Below are positions 1 through 38,701 of a DNA stretch of 64,000 bases, one piece after another. The stretch is from positions 7,155,849-7,219,848 of the forward strand of contig CM082597.2 of the NCBI GenBank assembly GCA_040954595.2. Reading direction: 5' to 3'. Numbering within the stretch: the stretch's first letter is position 1; every line of letters begins with the position of its first letter. The translations under genes were made by a program, and so were the position numbers. This DNA comes from Balanoglossus misakiensis (Eukaryota; Animalia; Hemichordata). The notes under the pieces were generated by a model. The model had not been told where the DNA came from, made no database searches, and was given only the letters and a program-made list of their open reading frames with translations.

Positions 1-1349
1 CATCATGTAATTACACCGGGACTTCCAAGTCAACGGATATACAGATACATGATAAATAAAAAACAATAACATGAGAAGAGTAAATTTATAAAATACACAC
101 ACACAAACTTACACACACACATACACACACACTCACACATACACACATACGTCCATGCACCCAGTATAAATGACCAGAAATGTGACATGCACACAACAAT
201 GGAGTCAACGAAAATATAATACTTTGTCAGAATCTACATCAGATTCATCAGCTGACGACGGCAGTTCTTCGTTTGCAACAGCTTGATCTACGTTCCTCAA
301 TGGGATCATTTCAAAATCGCCTGATACCCGTACATCGTCATCATTATGATTGCGCAGATCTCTGCTGAGTCCTGATCGACGTAATTGTGCAGATGGTGCT
401 AACCAATGAGAAGACAAAAAATAAATGTTTTACTCATTTGTACTGTAAATGAACATTACAGCTCTGATTCCGTGAGGTAATCGGTGGAGTCTAGCATAAT
501 TATGTAAATTTTAGATGGAATATATACGTTTTACCCCAAATTTATTATTTTAATTTTTAGAATATAAGTAACATCAACATTAACATTTCATTAATTTCAA
601 CCTAACACTTCATTATATCAGCAACGATTAATACCTAGCGTACATGCATTGATGGACTCATAGCTGTGTTGATGAGATAAATCTGTTCCTGTAAACAAAT
701 CACAGAGCGAGTATTTGGATAATACAGGGAAATACACTTATCTGTCAAGAACATACCTGCAGTTAAATAAAGTGACAAGTTAAAATGACAAAGTTGCAAA
801 CTTCTGACATTATTTTCGGTATTAATCTATTTTTGACAGGTTTTGTGTAGTTCTACTTTCTGAAACATGCCTAACCACCCGTTGTCATGACTCAATTCAC
901 AATCCATATATGAACAGCACAAATCGATAGTTCAGTAATTTTTTTTCGTGGTAAGCACTAAAAATTATATCTCATGTACATGACACTGTAAATGGATAGT
1001 TGACTGTAAAAAATGCATAATCATTTAATTTAGCTTGCCTGAAAATTTCACTTTGGCTTTCTTGATAAGAAGTATCGATAGCACTAGTATAACTGCACCA
1101 GTGATACATCCAAGTGAAACATAAATGACAAGTTGAACGGGAATATCGTTGATGTTGACAGTCACTCTTTCATTTCTTCCACCTGTAATATAATTCATTC
1201 AAGTTCTTCAATTACGTTCTTCAGTACCTACATACACGCATACAGGCATGCATACATACATGTTACGCATGCATACATACATACATACATACATACATAC
1301 ATACATACATACATACATACATACATACATACATACATACATACATAGA

Positions 1350-1380
<31 letters not shown>

Positions 1381-1391
1381 CATACATACAT

Positions 1392-1465
<74 letters not shown>

Positions 1466-4400
1466 CAGAAAGTTTGAATACCTGATGTTGTAACGGCGGT
1501 CGTCTCACTTCGTGTTTCTCCAAATCTGTTTTTGCTTATTATTGTTATGTTGTACGTCGTCCCTGCATCAAGGTTTCCGATGACTTGCTGCCTCTCGTTA
1601 GTTGCCTTTATCACAAGATCTTCGCCAGTGAAAATGTTAACACATTCCACATAGAATGATTGTGGGTCCCCACCATTAAAACCGGGTGTCCAATAAACCA
1701 AGATGGAGTCTGCTGTAGTTGTAGTGTTCACACCTGATGCTTTTTCTGGAACAGCTATTAAACATAGAAAAATACAGATTTACAGCAAATGCCTTTTCGA
1801 TTCCTGGAAATAAATTGACGACATAAACAATCCGATTTTAAATCAATTTAAGGTGGCATTGCATGAAAAGTTGTGATTTTTGCCAAATTTTACTTTTTTA
1901 CAAAAATCGGTAGGTCTAATACTGATCCACATTCTGACAAATGTGTCTTGGCAGAAATGGTGCATAATCACCCAAAATTTACTCAAATTTTAACAGGGGA
2001 TCGTGTATGACCCATCTAACAATTCGGAAAAAAAATTGTCGATAAAGTGTCCCTGGCGTGAATAAACTCTGATTCAATACAACTCACCGTGAATTCTGGT
2101 AATAGATGAAAACACGACTAAATTATTGCTACTACTGTTTCATCATATATCAACCTTCAAACGGTTCCATATTCAATTAAGTTATATTTGGACTGTAACT
2201 GTGAAGACAGCAGTTTTTCACTCATGTTCCCTCTCTTTCCTTAAAATTAGCACAGTAAAATATTGTGCGGTAATAACGACCATCGGGAAATTAAACTCGA
2301 TCATTAACCATCAAATCAAGTGAGTATGTGTTTACATACAGTAATATGAAACAGAAACTTCATCGGAGAATATTTCGTCCTCGGTGAACTTTGGATTCCG
2401 AGCCGAGCACTTCATTTTCATTGAATTGTCCTCCGGGTTAACTCTGATCCGTAAGTGCTGCTTTGATATAAATCCCTTGGAATCACTCGTCTCTTCGGTT
2501 ACTGTAGTGAGGTTCATACTATCATTCGCCCCATCTATATGCAAGCCATTCTTGTACCATCTTATTGACGCTTCTGGATTGCTTTTACTTGTTGTACACG
2601 TGAGGGTGAGATGTTCCCCAAACTTCACAGGGTGACTTCCAGTTAAAGAGACGTGATCTGGTTTAACTGTCAAAAGGCACAGATATGATAAGACTTTGTT
2701 TATATAGGGACATGGTTGATGTATTTGCTTAATTTATATTCCAAGAGATCGATTGTAAAAGTCCAATCAAAACAAAATAAGACCATAACGCAGTTTTATC
2801 AACTTTACTTTCTAGAATCAGAAGAATCACGAGGAATTGAAACTTTGCCAATCTTACATAGTATATCCATATATGTCACATTTGATCCATATCCATAACC
2901 TCCTATATCGTTGCAAAAAGTGTTTCTTGCTGTGCAGTTGTAAAAACCAGCATCCCTCCTTCGTATGTTTCGAATTATCAACATTTCATTGATTGTCACT
3001 GTTCCGAGAGGAGATATCCATTTTATTTCATCGGCAGCTGGGATTGCAGACACATTACATTGAAGACTTGCGTCAAAGCCCTCTTTTACTTGATATACTA
3101 CTGGTGTGACCACTGTTGGATTGGCTATGGAAAGAACAAGACAATACAAAGATGAAATGACATCAGACAATATTTCGCTAATGATACGGCCCACATACCC
3201 ATGTTATTTATGATCGACGTACATGTATTGGATAGGGTCAACTTTGCATTGGAGACGTGCGTCAAAATCCTCAGGATCCTCGTCAGATTAGGTTGGAAAA
3301 TAATAAGAATATGAGTGCATTTGTGAATCGATTTGGCAAGAATTTATGTTGGTTCATCGGGTGTTAAGATGCCATACGGTGTACGACGGAGAGCGTCAAC
3401 GGGCCACAAAAGATTTAAATACTAGTTTATGAAAAAGTAAAAGATATAGCTGAAAAAATGAATACTGTCTAGTTTGTTGTCTGGAACCTTCAGTTACTTT
3501 AAAAAAGAAATAGTTGTATCCAGGTTTAAATCTTTGTGAGTGTGACCAGAGCAACCGATGCAACTTTAATATCGTGAATATTAGCCTAGAAATTGCCAGA
3601 TATGACCTTGATGGGTGGATGGACCTGGCATGATCCTGTGTCAATGTGAGAGGTTTACCAACAGGGTTACTTGGGGGCCTGATTTGGGATATGCGATAAT
3701 ACACAAATATTAAAGTATCACGTCTATGCTAATTTGACCTTTAAAAACTTACATAGAACATAAATCGTAGTATCCCTTGTTTCCAGTCCCGTTCTGCCAT
3801 CATAGTACACGTTGCTTACAGTGCATGTGTAGATGTGGAAGTTGTTCGGTTCTGGTTGTATGTTCCTGATAACTAATGGGTTTCCAAACTCTTGGCTTTC
3901 ATCACCTCTTCGCTTCCACATAATCGATGTCTTCGGCGGATTGCCTGGTGTAAACTCACAACGAATTCTGAGGTCGTCACCTTTCTTAACACAGATTGAG
4001 GATGGAGAGGATGCAGTCGGTGGATCTAAATTATTTAAAATATGTGTGTTAAGACCACTGCAAGTGTGATGTACTTTGATTGAATGTATTGAAAATTTGT
4101 AGTCATCAAAAACTTTAACAAATTGGAATATTACATGATGCATATATAGTATTAATTAAACTAAGAGTCGACGTAAATTACTGGCAACTTAAAAAGAATG
4201 GATATAAATTAAGCCCTAGTGGTGAGAATTACACTGCATTCATTAATATAAAATAACATATACTTTACATACATTGTACATTTGGTACTATAGGGTTTGA
4301 ACAAGTCCAAGGTGATCCAGTACTGTCACGATGCACCAGGCTACAACTAAAGGGAATCCCATGATCATCATTGGATATCGTGATCTCGTAATGTAATGGA

Positions 4401-5547
4401 CTTCTATCCCCACGTTTGATCTCCTTCCCATTTTGAGTCCAAACAAGTTCACCTGGTGGCACGACGTTTTTTGTCGTAACATGGCACAGCAAGGAAATTG
4501 TACTTCCGACAACCACTTCGTCGTTTGGTCCCAAACCGGAAATCCTAGAGCATTCTGGTTCATCAATACCTGGAAGATTACATATCATGCAATGCTTTAT
4601 ATTGCTGCGATGGAAACGTGTGACCAGAAAACTGCGGAAAATGTATTGTGCAAGCGCAATTAATCTGCGGTGAATTTGAAGTAATCTAAACCGGGGATAA
4701 TGAACTTCAAAACATAACGTGGATTAAGTTATTTAAAACAAACACCATATTCACAAGCGCACAAATTTATCCACTGCGCCAGTTCTCGGTCTGAAATAGA
4801 AATGAGTAAAATAATGAGTAAAATGTTTGTATTATGTCTCAAGAGCAAACTTAATGCAATGCATTAACATACCAATCACAGTAACTTCAGCCAAAGCTAC
4901 TTGAAATGGAGAAGAATATCTACACACCCATATCCCACGATGTTCCGTTGATGCTTTGTGGACGAGTAAGCTGCCTTCCCCATTTGATGCGTCACCTACG
5001 ACGCTACAACATTCATCATAAGAGATGCCGTTTCTTACAACAAATTGTTTTAAAAAACCATGCGTGCCATTCCGTGGCGTCTGCCAATGAGGAAGGAAAT
5101 TCCAGCGATTTGGATTTACCGTACAGTTCAGCAACAATTCTTCTCCTTCCTTGACAATTGTATCCACTGGTGTTACCGTTAGGCCTAATGGTTGCTGTGA
5201 AACTACGTAAGTGGAAACCCGAAAAAATTATCTTAATTAAAATGTATTATCGTCAACTATTTGATGTATATTGTGAATAATATGGAAACCCCAATTTGTT
5301 GGTGTTATACTCTAATGCTGTAGTACAGGCCTTCTATCAGTAGAATCAGCCTCTGTCTGTCTGTCTGTCTGCCTGTCTGTCTCTCACTCTCTTTCTGCCT
5401 CTCTCTGTCTCTCTCTGCATCTCTTTTCCATGAAAACATGTTCAATAGTATGCGATTACCTGATTTCTTACCTGCACACAAGACTGGATATACGAATACA
5501 ATAATGGCGACAAATGTTGGTGCACTGATAAATTGTGTTTCCTTCAT
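1..5547 (-). CDS. Copy A of Ig/FN3 receptor tyrosine pseudokinase-like gene (5 Ig + FN3 + TM); 3' part runs off the window
   Basis: Exons in transcript order: leader 5472-5547 ([25 protein letters not shown]), IgV 4873-5202, Ig2 4273-4569, Ig3 3753-4025, Ig4 2858-3124, Ig5 2340-2666, FN3 1482-1754, TM 1039-1182 ([29 protein letters not shown]), 644-688 (HSYESI), acidic exon 223-398, start of first kinase exon 1-21. GT/GC-AG sites; exon lengths match copies B-D; Ig6 and Ig7 exons absent. Confidence 0.85.
1228..1461. repeat. Compound (CATA)n/(CA)n microsatellite, intron 9 of A (homologous tracts 14298-14460, 17147-17325, 17745-17905, 33692-33840, 57456-57580, 58011-58142)
   Basis: Directly visible; source of the MYVC/HTYI pseudo-ORFs. 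Confidence 0.95.
1851..2093. mobile_element. Truncated foreign fragment (TTAA-adjacent, probable transposon end) at the Ig6-Ig7 deletion of copy A
   Basis: No homology to other copies; begins TTAAGGTGGCATTGCA. Flanks match intron 8 (left) and intron 6 (right) of copies B and D. Confidence 0.5.
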
Positions 5548-5878
5548 TATAATCGAACTTGATCGCCAACCTTCAATAGCTACCCTGTTAATTTCATAAC
5601 GCGTAAAAATAAAGTAATAAAATTGTACACAACCGTAATAATACACTTTGCTTGGGAGTTTTTTTGTATATATTCTCATTTACCCTGGGCTCTGGAAAAA
5701 ATGCCCATCGCGGGTCAAAGGTATAAAATGTTGTCCCACACAACAGTACAGACGACCCTTAATGTTTCTCATGCCACGTATGCACTGTGCATCTACTGCA
5801 TCAAAAGCCATGCACATGTTAATTATTCTTAAATTGGCACTTGCGAGATTATTCACCATAAGAGCACGCGTTATTTAA

Positions 5879-6139
5879 GGGGACAAAGTCTCTCTCTCGC
5901 TGCCCTTTTTCCACCCCGCTAGTAAGATATGATAGTAAAAATCTCGCCAAAATGAATAAATGGTAAAGACTGATTATTCATTTTGGTGAGTTTTTCACAC
6001 TCGTGTCTACAATTAGGATGGATGGTGTGTGTGATCGAATGTTGATTCACTATATATCCACATGTAGAATAATATAAACAGTGTCTTGTATCAAACATAA
6101 TTAATGGAAAAAGGGCAGCGAGAGAGAGACTTTGTCCCT
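5879..6139. mobile_element. ~260-bp MITE with ~35-bp TIRs at a TTAA-type site upstream of the copy A start codon (homologs 24457-24717 and 39033-39291)
   Basis: GGGGACAAAGTCTCTCTCTCGCTGCCCTTTTTCCA...TGGAAAAAGGGCAGCGAGAGAGAGACTTTGTCCCT; missing in E and D. Confidence 0.7.
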
Positions 6140-7076
6140 TTAGGTTTTATATCGCAAACATAGCAGTCGAGGAGTTGAAAAGGGTGGGCGACTGTTTCGT
6201 GCTAAGATCTAACGATACAATATTGTTACACACGGGTTTCTAGAAAAACATTGGCAAAGTGAGCTGTTGAAATTATAAAAGAAACATGGAGACTTACCAA
6301 AATGCACTGTTGTCGAGAAAATTGTTAACCTGCTTCTCGTCTTATCAGAGTTCAGTGGTCAATACATGCAAACGATATTTTGTCGTCGGTGTATGTAAAT
6401 GCCTAGTGTGGATGAATGTAAGTAGTCCTCGAGTAAATACTAGTATTCTCAGTATCAATAGAAATACCTATGTGTTGATATCATTTATCCTTCTTCCTGT
6501 ACAGACAAACAACGGTGACCTTAAACAAACAATAAGTTTTGATTGGCACAAATCCATTAAAGTTCAACTAAACTAAAGGAATGTCAAAAACAACAGCCCT
6601 CACACTGTATAGGCCTTAATATGTTGGCTTTCAAACTGTATTCTGTTTTGATGTTAGGTCTCTAAACGATCACGATATGCTATTCTCTTAGGCCGGTGGA
6701 GCACTGATTACTCAGGACGTTCCCACCCACAACAGCCGCGTTGGTAATTTATTAATATAGTTTTCCGATCTGATATATAAACTGTTGACACGTAACGAAA
6801 CTACCATCAGATAAGTAGAGCTCTGCTTTACATGTGACCCTTTGTCAACTTGTTAGTAGAATATGGCAGGCTTAGAATATCGCTGGCAGATTACTGATCC
6901 TATACAATGAATTAATTTGGAATTTTCACATTGTAAATCATTACCCTATTTTCCCCAGAGGTGCCAAAATTGTAATACCTTAGTGAATGATGAATTTTGG
7001 ACCAAACAGGCAACTCAACGGTAGCGTAAACGTAGTACGATCCAGCCTTGACGGCGTAGACCGGTCCTGTTTCGAT

Positions 7077-7138
7077 TAGCCTGTAGAACACTGTAGAATT
7101 TCGATAAATCTAAAACACACTGGTATGGGGCCAGGCTA
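7077..7138. mobile_element. Internally deleted homolog of the 25688-25784 MITE at the same site, upstream of copy A
   Basis: TAGCCTG...CCAGGCTA flanked by perfect TGTTTCGAT repeats. Confidence 0.7.
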
Positions 7139-9990
7139 TGTTTCGATATACCTTACGCACTGCAGGACGTGCGCTAAGAGATGTTCAGGAAAAATGCAGT
7201 ATGAACTGCCGACCGACCTGAGTGTTGCGCTCACACAAATATCATGAAAAACCTCGGAATTACGATTCGTAGAGAACTAAACCTCTCAGAGGTTACAGAC
7301 AAAATGTTCCAACAAACGTGGAGAAAGGTTTGAACGAAATTATAAGAAAGATAGAGGTAAAGAACGAAATCAAATCACCACAACCGAGAGCACGATTCTC
7401 TCAGTTCTGCCGCCATTTGTCGACTCCCTTTGGTCCGATGTCGAGGGGAGTCACTATACATGTACATGAAACAAGCCCACGTGATACAAGCTCCGCCTCA
7501 GTCGTGGAAAATTGACAGTTTCTCCCGCTATAGGAAGGGTGTCTCAGTCTGAGAATCAGGGAATAGTCGCATTTCATGAGATGTGAATCTTGTGTGCGGC
7601 ATTGACCTAGCAATTCCGGGACAGTAATGACACAGTACAAAAAGTCCAGACACGCACACAAGTATCAAAGTCAGTTGTATGTTTCGCATGCTGATTGATG
7701 GTTTGGTGCGACTGCCTTGTAGACTGACAATGCTGTTTGTGTTTGGTTAAAATTTTATCAGTGAAGAACCCCTAACTTCAAGAATATTACTTGACATGTG
7801 ATAGCTGGATTGAGGTCCAGGACAAATATCCGTTTCAATGGACAGCAAGAAAACGACTGTAAGATTTCACGACATACCTGTAACATGCACTGAGAAACAA
7901 TGTCTGAAAAATTGGACGAATTTCGGAATACATAAAAATGATGTGATATAAGTATAGAATTCGGAAGCGTAGGGCTGCACACAGTGATGTAATGTGTGAC
8001 TGGCATCAATACCATTACTAATTTGAAAAACTAGTTGGCAGTCATACTGTTGCCTAGGTAATAATTACCGAGAGGGTCAACTCCAGAGGGTGTCAATCTA
8101 GTGCATGTTCTTGCCAAACAATTTGTTTCCAAATCAATGGCCAAATTATCCAGTATTCATACTCTGTGCTGCTTCTGCACTAAGCCAAATCGCGACCCCG
8201 TCGTATGCGATAGATAATTTAAACGAGTTGATATCGCATATAAACACAATATTCAGTCCTCAACAAACACTGGCACTGAAGTCATGGACTTTATCTATTG
8301 ATGACTGACATATACTTTGTGACATGATAAACTGTTCATTCACCTCCTCCTTAACATTTGCAGATTCTCTGTCAATTGTTTGTAGGTGTTAAGGTCAAAA
8401 AGGCGAAATTGTAACAAACTCAAATCCCTCAGTTGATAAAACAGCATGACTTTTATTCATATCTATAATTTGTGTACTAGATGTGTGTGTCAAAATTGCT
8501 CACGACAATATGTTACATGAGTGATAAAATATATCTTGAATATTCTTCCTCAACGTCAATCAGAAATCCTGGATTAGGACAAATGAGCAATCAAGATGAC
8601 TTGCAAGAATAATCTGTGGGTGATTTTATCCTCAAGATTGTGAATGATATGAGTTCCTGTTCATCCATTTGTATTTGCAACAGAAAATGTCAGTAGCAGT
8701 AAGACCTGAATACATGTATCTAAATTACAAATAAGTAAGGTAAAAATTGGGACTCTTTAGGTAACATGGCTCTTACAATGAAAGCTACAAAACTGTAGTT
8801 GATTGGTGACTACTTTTGATATCACGTGACGTAAACAGCTGGTCATTGACCATTACATCTTCCATAGTACATCGAACATTGTGAGAGAACAATATTCCTA
8901 TGGAAAGATTAAAAGTATTACATGTACTAAGGTTTTATTTTTTACTACAATGACGTGGGTTTTCGGTAAGTAAATTGTTCCAAATAAACTATTCTGAGTA
9001 ATATGTTAAAAAGGTCTGAAGAGTATCTTGTTATAGAGTAGTTTATTGTTTCAATGTTATGCAGTATAAAGAAATCTAACAAACGCTAACGTTAGCGGTG
9101 ATTATTCAATACATTTTTTTCACAGAATTTTTGTACTGAAGCAAATGTGACATAAGTAAGGTCTTCGTTTGATTAGAGTAGCTAGAAAAAAAGTTAAGAT
9201 TATACTTCAGTGGTTAGAGGGTGTACTTGAAATTTGTTGTTTTGAGGTCGATCATACCCAGCGGTGTATTTTGTTTTCTTTACGTTTAAAGTGTAAACTG
9301 ATGGATATCAATGTTCTTGGTGGTTCAGTTATTTACCAGAGGATGAACATTGAGACACTGAGAGCATAATTGTTCTTTCTGCTACATATTAATTGTCTTT
9401 CAATCAACATTATTTTACTCATTTGCGAGGCCACAAAAAACCTGTCTTGTATGTTTGTCGTGCTTTCCAACTTTAAAACGTAAGAGTGTAAGCCAGAGTT
9501 CAGGTACATTTAATCATGCGCATGTTTAGCTATTAGTAGCAGCTGAGATATACAATGTTTCAAACAATAAGCCATATTCATATGGTTGGCATATGTATTA
9601 CATAGCAGACATCTTTCTAAACTCCAACGACGTTTCAGCCCGAGACTTTTCACACCGACTTGGTGGTGCCATTGATGTGGATGGAATGTGAATCAAACCT
9701 GTTTTAATACAATAAATAAAAGAACTTTAAAGGGCATATGCCACTGGCTCTTGACTCACATTCACTTAGAGCCATATCTGTTTAAAACAAGCTAAATCAT
9801 CGCACAGTTCGCACGATTGCACAGTTCACATCATACAGATCGAGCAAAACCACTATATACCCCTACCAGAGGATTTATAATCCGCAGACGTTTCAAAAGG
9901 TTGCCTCTTAAAGGTGCTTTTATCCAGTTGAGTTTCACTGCTTAAGAACAATGGCAGACATATCATTATAGACAAGAACTGACTTACATC

Positions 9991-24128
<14,138 letters not shown>

Positions 24129-25687
24129 TATAATCGAACTTGATCGCCAACCTTCAATAGCTACCCTGTTGATTTCATAACGCGTAAAATAAAGTAATAA
24201 AATTGTACACAACCGTAATAATGCACTTTAGTTGTGAGTTTTTGTATATATTCTCATTTACACTGGGCTCTGGAAAAAATGCCCATCGCGGGTCAAAGGT
24301 ATAAAATGTTGTCCCACATAACAGTACAGACGACCCTTAATGTTTCTCATGCCACGTATGCACTGTGCATCTACTGCATCAAAAGCCATGCACATGTTAA
24401 TTATTCTTAAATTGGCACTTGCGAGATTATTCACCATAAGAGCACGCGTTATTTAAGGGGACAAAATCTCTCTCTCGCTGCCCTTTTTCCACCCCGCTAG
24501 TAAGATATGATAGTAAAAATCTCGCCAAAATGAATAAATGGTAAAGACTGATTATTCATTTTGGTGAGTTTTTCACACTCGTGTCTACAATTGGGATGGA
24601 TGGTGTGTGTGATCGAATGTTGATTCACTATATATCCACATGTAGAATAATATAAACAGTGTCTTGTATCAAACATAATTAATGGAAAAAGGGCAGCGAG
24701 AGAGAGACTTTGTCCCTTTAGGTTTTATATCGCAAACATAGCAGTCGAGGAGTTGAAAAGGGTGGGCGACTGTTTCGTGCTAAGATCTAACGATACAATA
24801 TTGTCACACACGAGTTTCTAAAAAAACATTGGCAAAGTGAGCTGTTGAAATTATAAAAGAAACATGGAGACTTACCAAAATGCACTGTTGTCGAGAAAAT
24901 TGTTAACCTGCTTCTCGTCTTATCAGAGTTCAGTGGTCAATACATGCAAACGATATTTCGTCGTCGGTAAATGTAAATGCCTAGTGTGGAGGAATGTATG
25001 TAGTCTTCGAGTAAATACTAGTATTCTCAGTATCAATAAAAATACCTATGTGTTGATATGACTTGTCATTCTTCCTCTACAGACAAACAACGGTGACCTT
25101 AATCAAACAATGAGTCACATAATATATATATACGAGTTTTGATTGACACAAATCCATTAAAGTTCAACTAAACTAAAGGAATGTCAAAAACCACAGCCCT
25201 CACACTGTATAGGCCTTAATATGTTGGCTTTCAAACTGTATTCTGTTTTGATGTTAGGTATCTAAACGATCACGATATGCTATTCTCTTAGGCCGGTGGA
25301 GCACTGATTTCTCAGGACGTTGCCACCCACAACAGCCGCGTTGGTCATTTATTAATATAGTTTTCCGATCTGATATATAAACTGTTGACACGTAACGAAA
25401 CTACAATCATATAAGTAGAGCTCTGCTTTACATGTGACCCTTTGTCAACTTGTTAGTAGAATATGGCAGGCTTAGAATATCGCTGGCAGATCACTGATCC
25501 TGTACAATGAATTAATTTGGAATGTTCACATTGTAAATCATTACCCTATTTTCCCCAGGGGTGCCAAAATTGTAATACCTTAGTGAATGAGGAATTTTGG
25601 ACCAAACAGGCAACTCAACGGTAGCGTAAACGTAGCACGATCGAGCCTTGACGGCGTAGACCGGTCCGATACAAGTCCTGATTCGAT

Positions 25688-25784
25688 TAGCCTGGCCCCA
25701 TACCAGTGTGTTTTAGATTTATCGAAATTCTACAGTGTGTAGAATTTCTATATGTCTAAAACACACTGGTATGAGGCCAGGCTA
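25688..25784. mobile_element. 97-bp palindromic TAG-terminal MITE with 9-bp TSD, upstream of copy B
   Basis: TAGCCTGGC...GCCAGGCTA flanked by TGATTCGAT/TGTTTCGAT; empty sites in E (~44445) and D (~46570). Confidence 0.75.
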
Positions 25785-28538
25785 TGTTTCGATATACCTT
25801 ACGCTCTGCAGGACGTGCGCTAAGAGATGTGCAGGAAAAATGCAGTATGAACTGTCGACCGACCTGAGTGTTGCGCTCACACAAATATCATGAAAAACCT
25901 CGGAATTACGACTCGTAAAGAACTAAACGAAATCAAATCACCACAACCGAGAGCACGATGCTCTCAGTTCTGCCGCCATTTGTCGACTCTCTTTGGTCCG
26001 ATGTCGAGGGGAGTCACTATACATGCAACAAGCCCACGTGATACAAGCTCCGCCCCAGTCGTGGAAAATTGACAGTTTCTCCCGCTATAGGGTGTCTCAG
26101 TCTGAGATTCAGGGAATAGTCGCATTTCATGAGATGTGAGTCTTGTGTGCGGCATTGACCTAGCAATTCCGTGACAGTAATGACACAGTACAAAAAGTCC
26201 GGACACGCCTAAAAGTATCAAAGTCAGTTGTATGTTTCGCATGCTGATTGATGGTTTGGTGCGACTGCCTTGTAGACTGACAATGCTGTTTGTGTTTGGT
26301 TAATATTTTATCAGTAAAGAACCCCTAACTTCAAGAATATTACTCGACATGTGATAGCTGGACTGAGGTCCAGGACAAATATCCGTTTCAAGTGACAGCA
26401 AGAAAACGACTGTAAGATTTCACGACATACCTGTAACATGCACTGAGAAACAATGTCTGAAAAAAATTTCAGAGCTGTATTGTCAGGCCTGAATCAGGTA
26501 TTACAGACCAGGACTGCACACACTGATGAAATGTCTGACTGGCGTCAATAACATCACCATTCACCAATTTTGAAAATAAGTTGGCAGCCATATTGTTGCA
26601 TAAGTGATAATAATACCGAGAGGGTCAACTTCAGAGGGTGTCAATCTAGTGCATGTTCTTGCCAAACAATTTGTTTCCAAATCAATGGTCAAATTATCCA
26701 GTATTCATACTCTGTGCTGCTTCTGCACTAAGCCAAATCGTGACCCTGGCGTATGCGATAGATAATTTAAACGAGTTGATATCGCATATAAACACAAGAT
26801 TCAGTCCTCAACAAACAGTGGCACTGAAGTCATGGACTTTATCTATTGATGACTGACATATACTTTGTGACATGATAAACTGTTCATTCATCCCTCCTTA
26901 ACATTTTCTGACTCTCTGTCAATTGATTGTTGGTGTAAAGGTCAAAAAGGCGAAATTGTAAACAAACTCAACCCCTCAGTTGATAAAACAGCATGACTTT
27001 TATTCAAATCTATAATTTGCGTACTAGATGTGCGAGTCAATATTGCTCACGACAATAGGTTACATGAGTGAGAAAATATATCTTGAATATTCTTCCTCAA
27101 TGTTAATCGGATATCATGGATTAGGAAAAATGACCAATAAAGATTACTTGCACGAATAATCTGTGAGTGATATTATTCTCAAGATTGTGAATGCTATGAG
27201 TTTTTGTTCATCCGTTTTGCCAGTGAAAATGCCAGTAGCAGTAAGGTCTGAATACATGTATCAAAATTACAAATAAGTAAGGTAAAAATTGTGCCACTCT
27301 TTAGGTAACATGGCTCTTATAATGCAACCTACAAAACTGTAGTTGATTGGTGACTACTTTTGATATCACGTGACGTAAACAGCTGGTCATTCACCATTAC
27401 ATCTTCCATACTACATCGAACATTGTGAGAGAACAACATTCCTATGGAAGGTTTAAAAGTATTACCAAGGTATTATTTTTTACTACAATGAAGTGGGTTT
27501 TCGGCAAGTAAATTGTTCCAATTAAACTATACTGAGTAATATGTTAAAAAGTTCTGAAGAGTATCTTGTTATACTAGAGTATTTTTTTTTTTGTTTCAAT
27601 GTTATGCAGTATTAAGAGATCTACCAAATGCTAACGTCAGCGGTGATTATTCAATAAAAAAAATTCACGGCATTTTTGTACTGAAGCAAATGTCACATAA
27701 GTAAGGTCTTCGTTTGATTAGAGTAGCTAGAAATGAAAACAGGTAAGATTAGACTTCAGTGGTTAGTGGGTGTACTTGAAATTTGTTGGTTTGAGGTCGA
27801 TCATACCCAGCGGTGTATTTTGTTTTCTTTACGTTTAAAGTATAAACTGATGGATATTAATTTTCTTGGTGGTTCAGTTATTTACCAGAGGATGGACATT
27901 GAGACACTGAGAGCATAATTGTTCTTTCTGGTACATATTAATTATCTTTCAATCAACATCATTTTACTCATTTGTGAGGCACAAAAAAAAATGTCTTGTA
28001 TGTTTGCCGTGCTTTCCAACTTTAAAACGAAGAGTGTAAGCCAGAGTTCAAGTACATTTTATCATGCGCATGTTTAGCTATTAGTAGCAGCTGAGATATG
28101 CAATGTTTCAAACAATAAGCCATATTCATGTGGTTGGCATATGTATTACATAGCAGACATCTTTCTAAACTCCAACGATGTTTCAGCCCGAGACATTTCA
28201 CACATACTTGGTGGTGCCATTGATGTGGATGGCATGTGAATCATACCTGTTTTAATACAATAAAAAAGAACTTTAAAAGGCATATGCCACTGACTCTTGA
28301 CTCACATTCACTTAGAGCCATATATATGTTTAAAACAAGGTAAATCATCGCACAGTTTGCACGATTGCACAGTTCACACCAAACAGATCGAGCAAAACCA
28401 CTGTATACCCCTACCAGAGGCTTTATAATCCCCGGACGTTTCAAAGGGTTGCCTCTCAAAGCTGATTTAATCCAGTTGAGTTTTGCTGCTTAAGAACAAT
28501 GGCAGACATATCATTATAGACAAGAACTGACTTACATC

Positions 28539-38701
<10,163 letters not shown>

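Noticed and set aside
1133-1493. ORFs rich in MYVC/HTYI (also ~12800-13330, 17070-17950, 33700-33920, 57400-58260, 60430-60900)
   Set aside because: Translations of (CATA)n/(CA)n intronic microsatellites.
5548-9649. Short ORFs repeated in the intergenic spacers (METYQNALL..., MFLPNNLFPNQW...)
   Set aside because: They recur only because the whole unit is duplicated; no domain signal, and several are not preserved across all copies.
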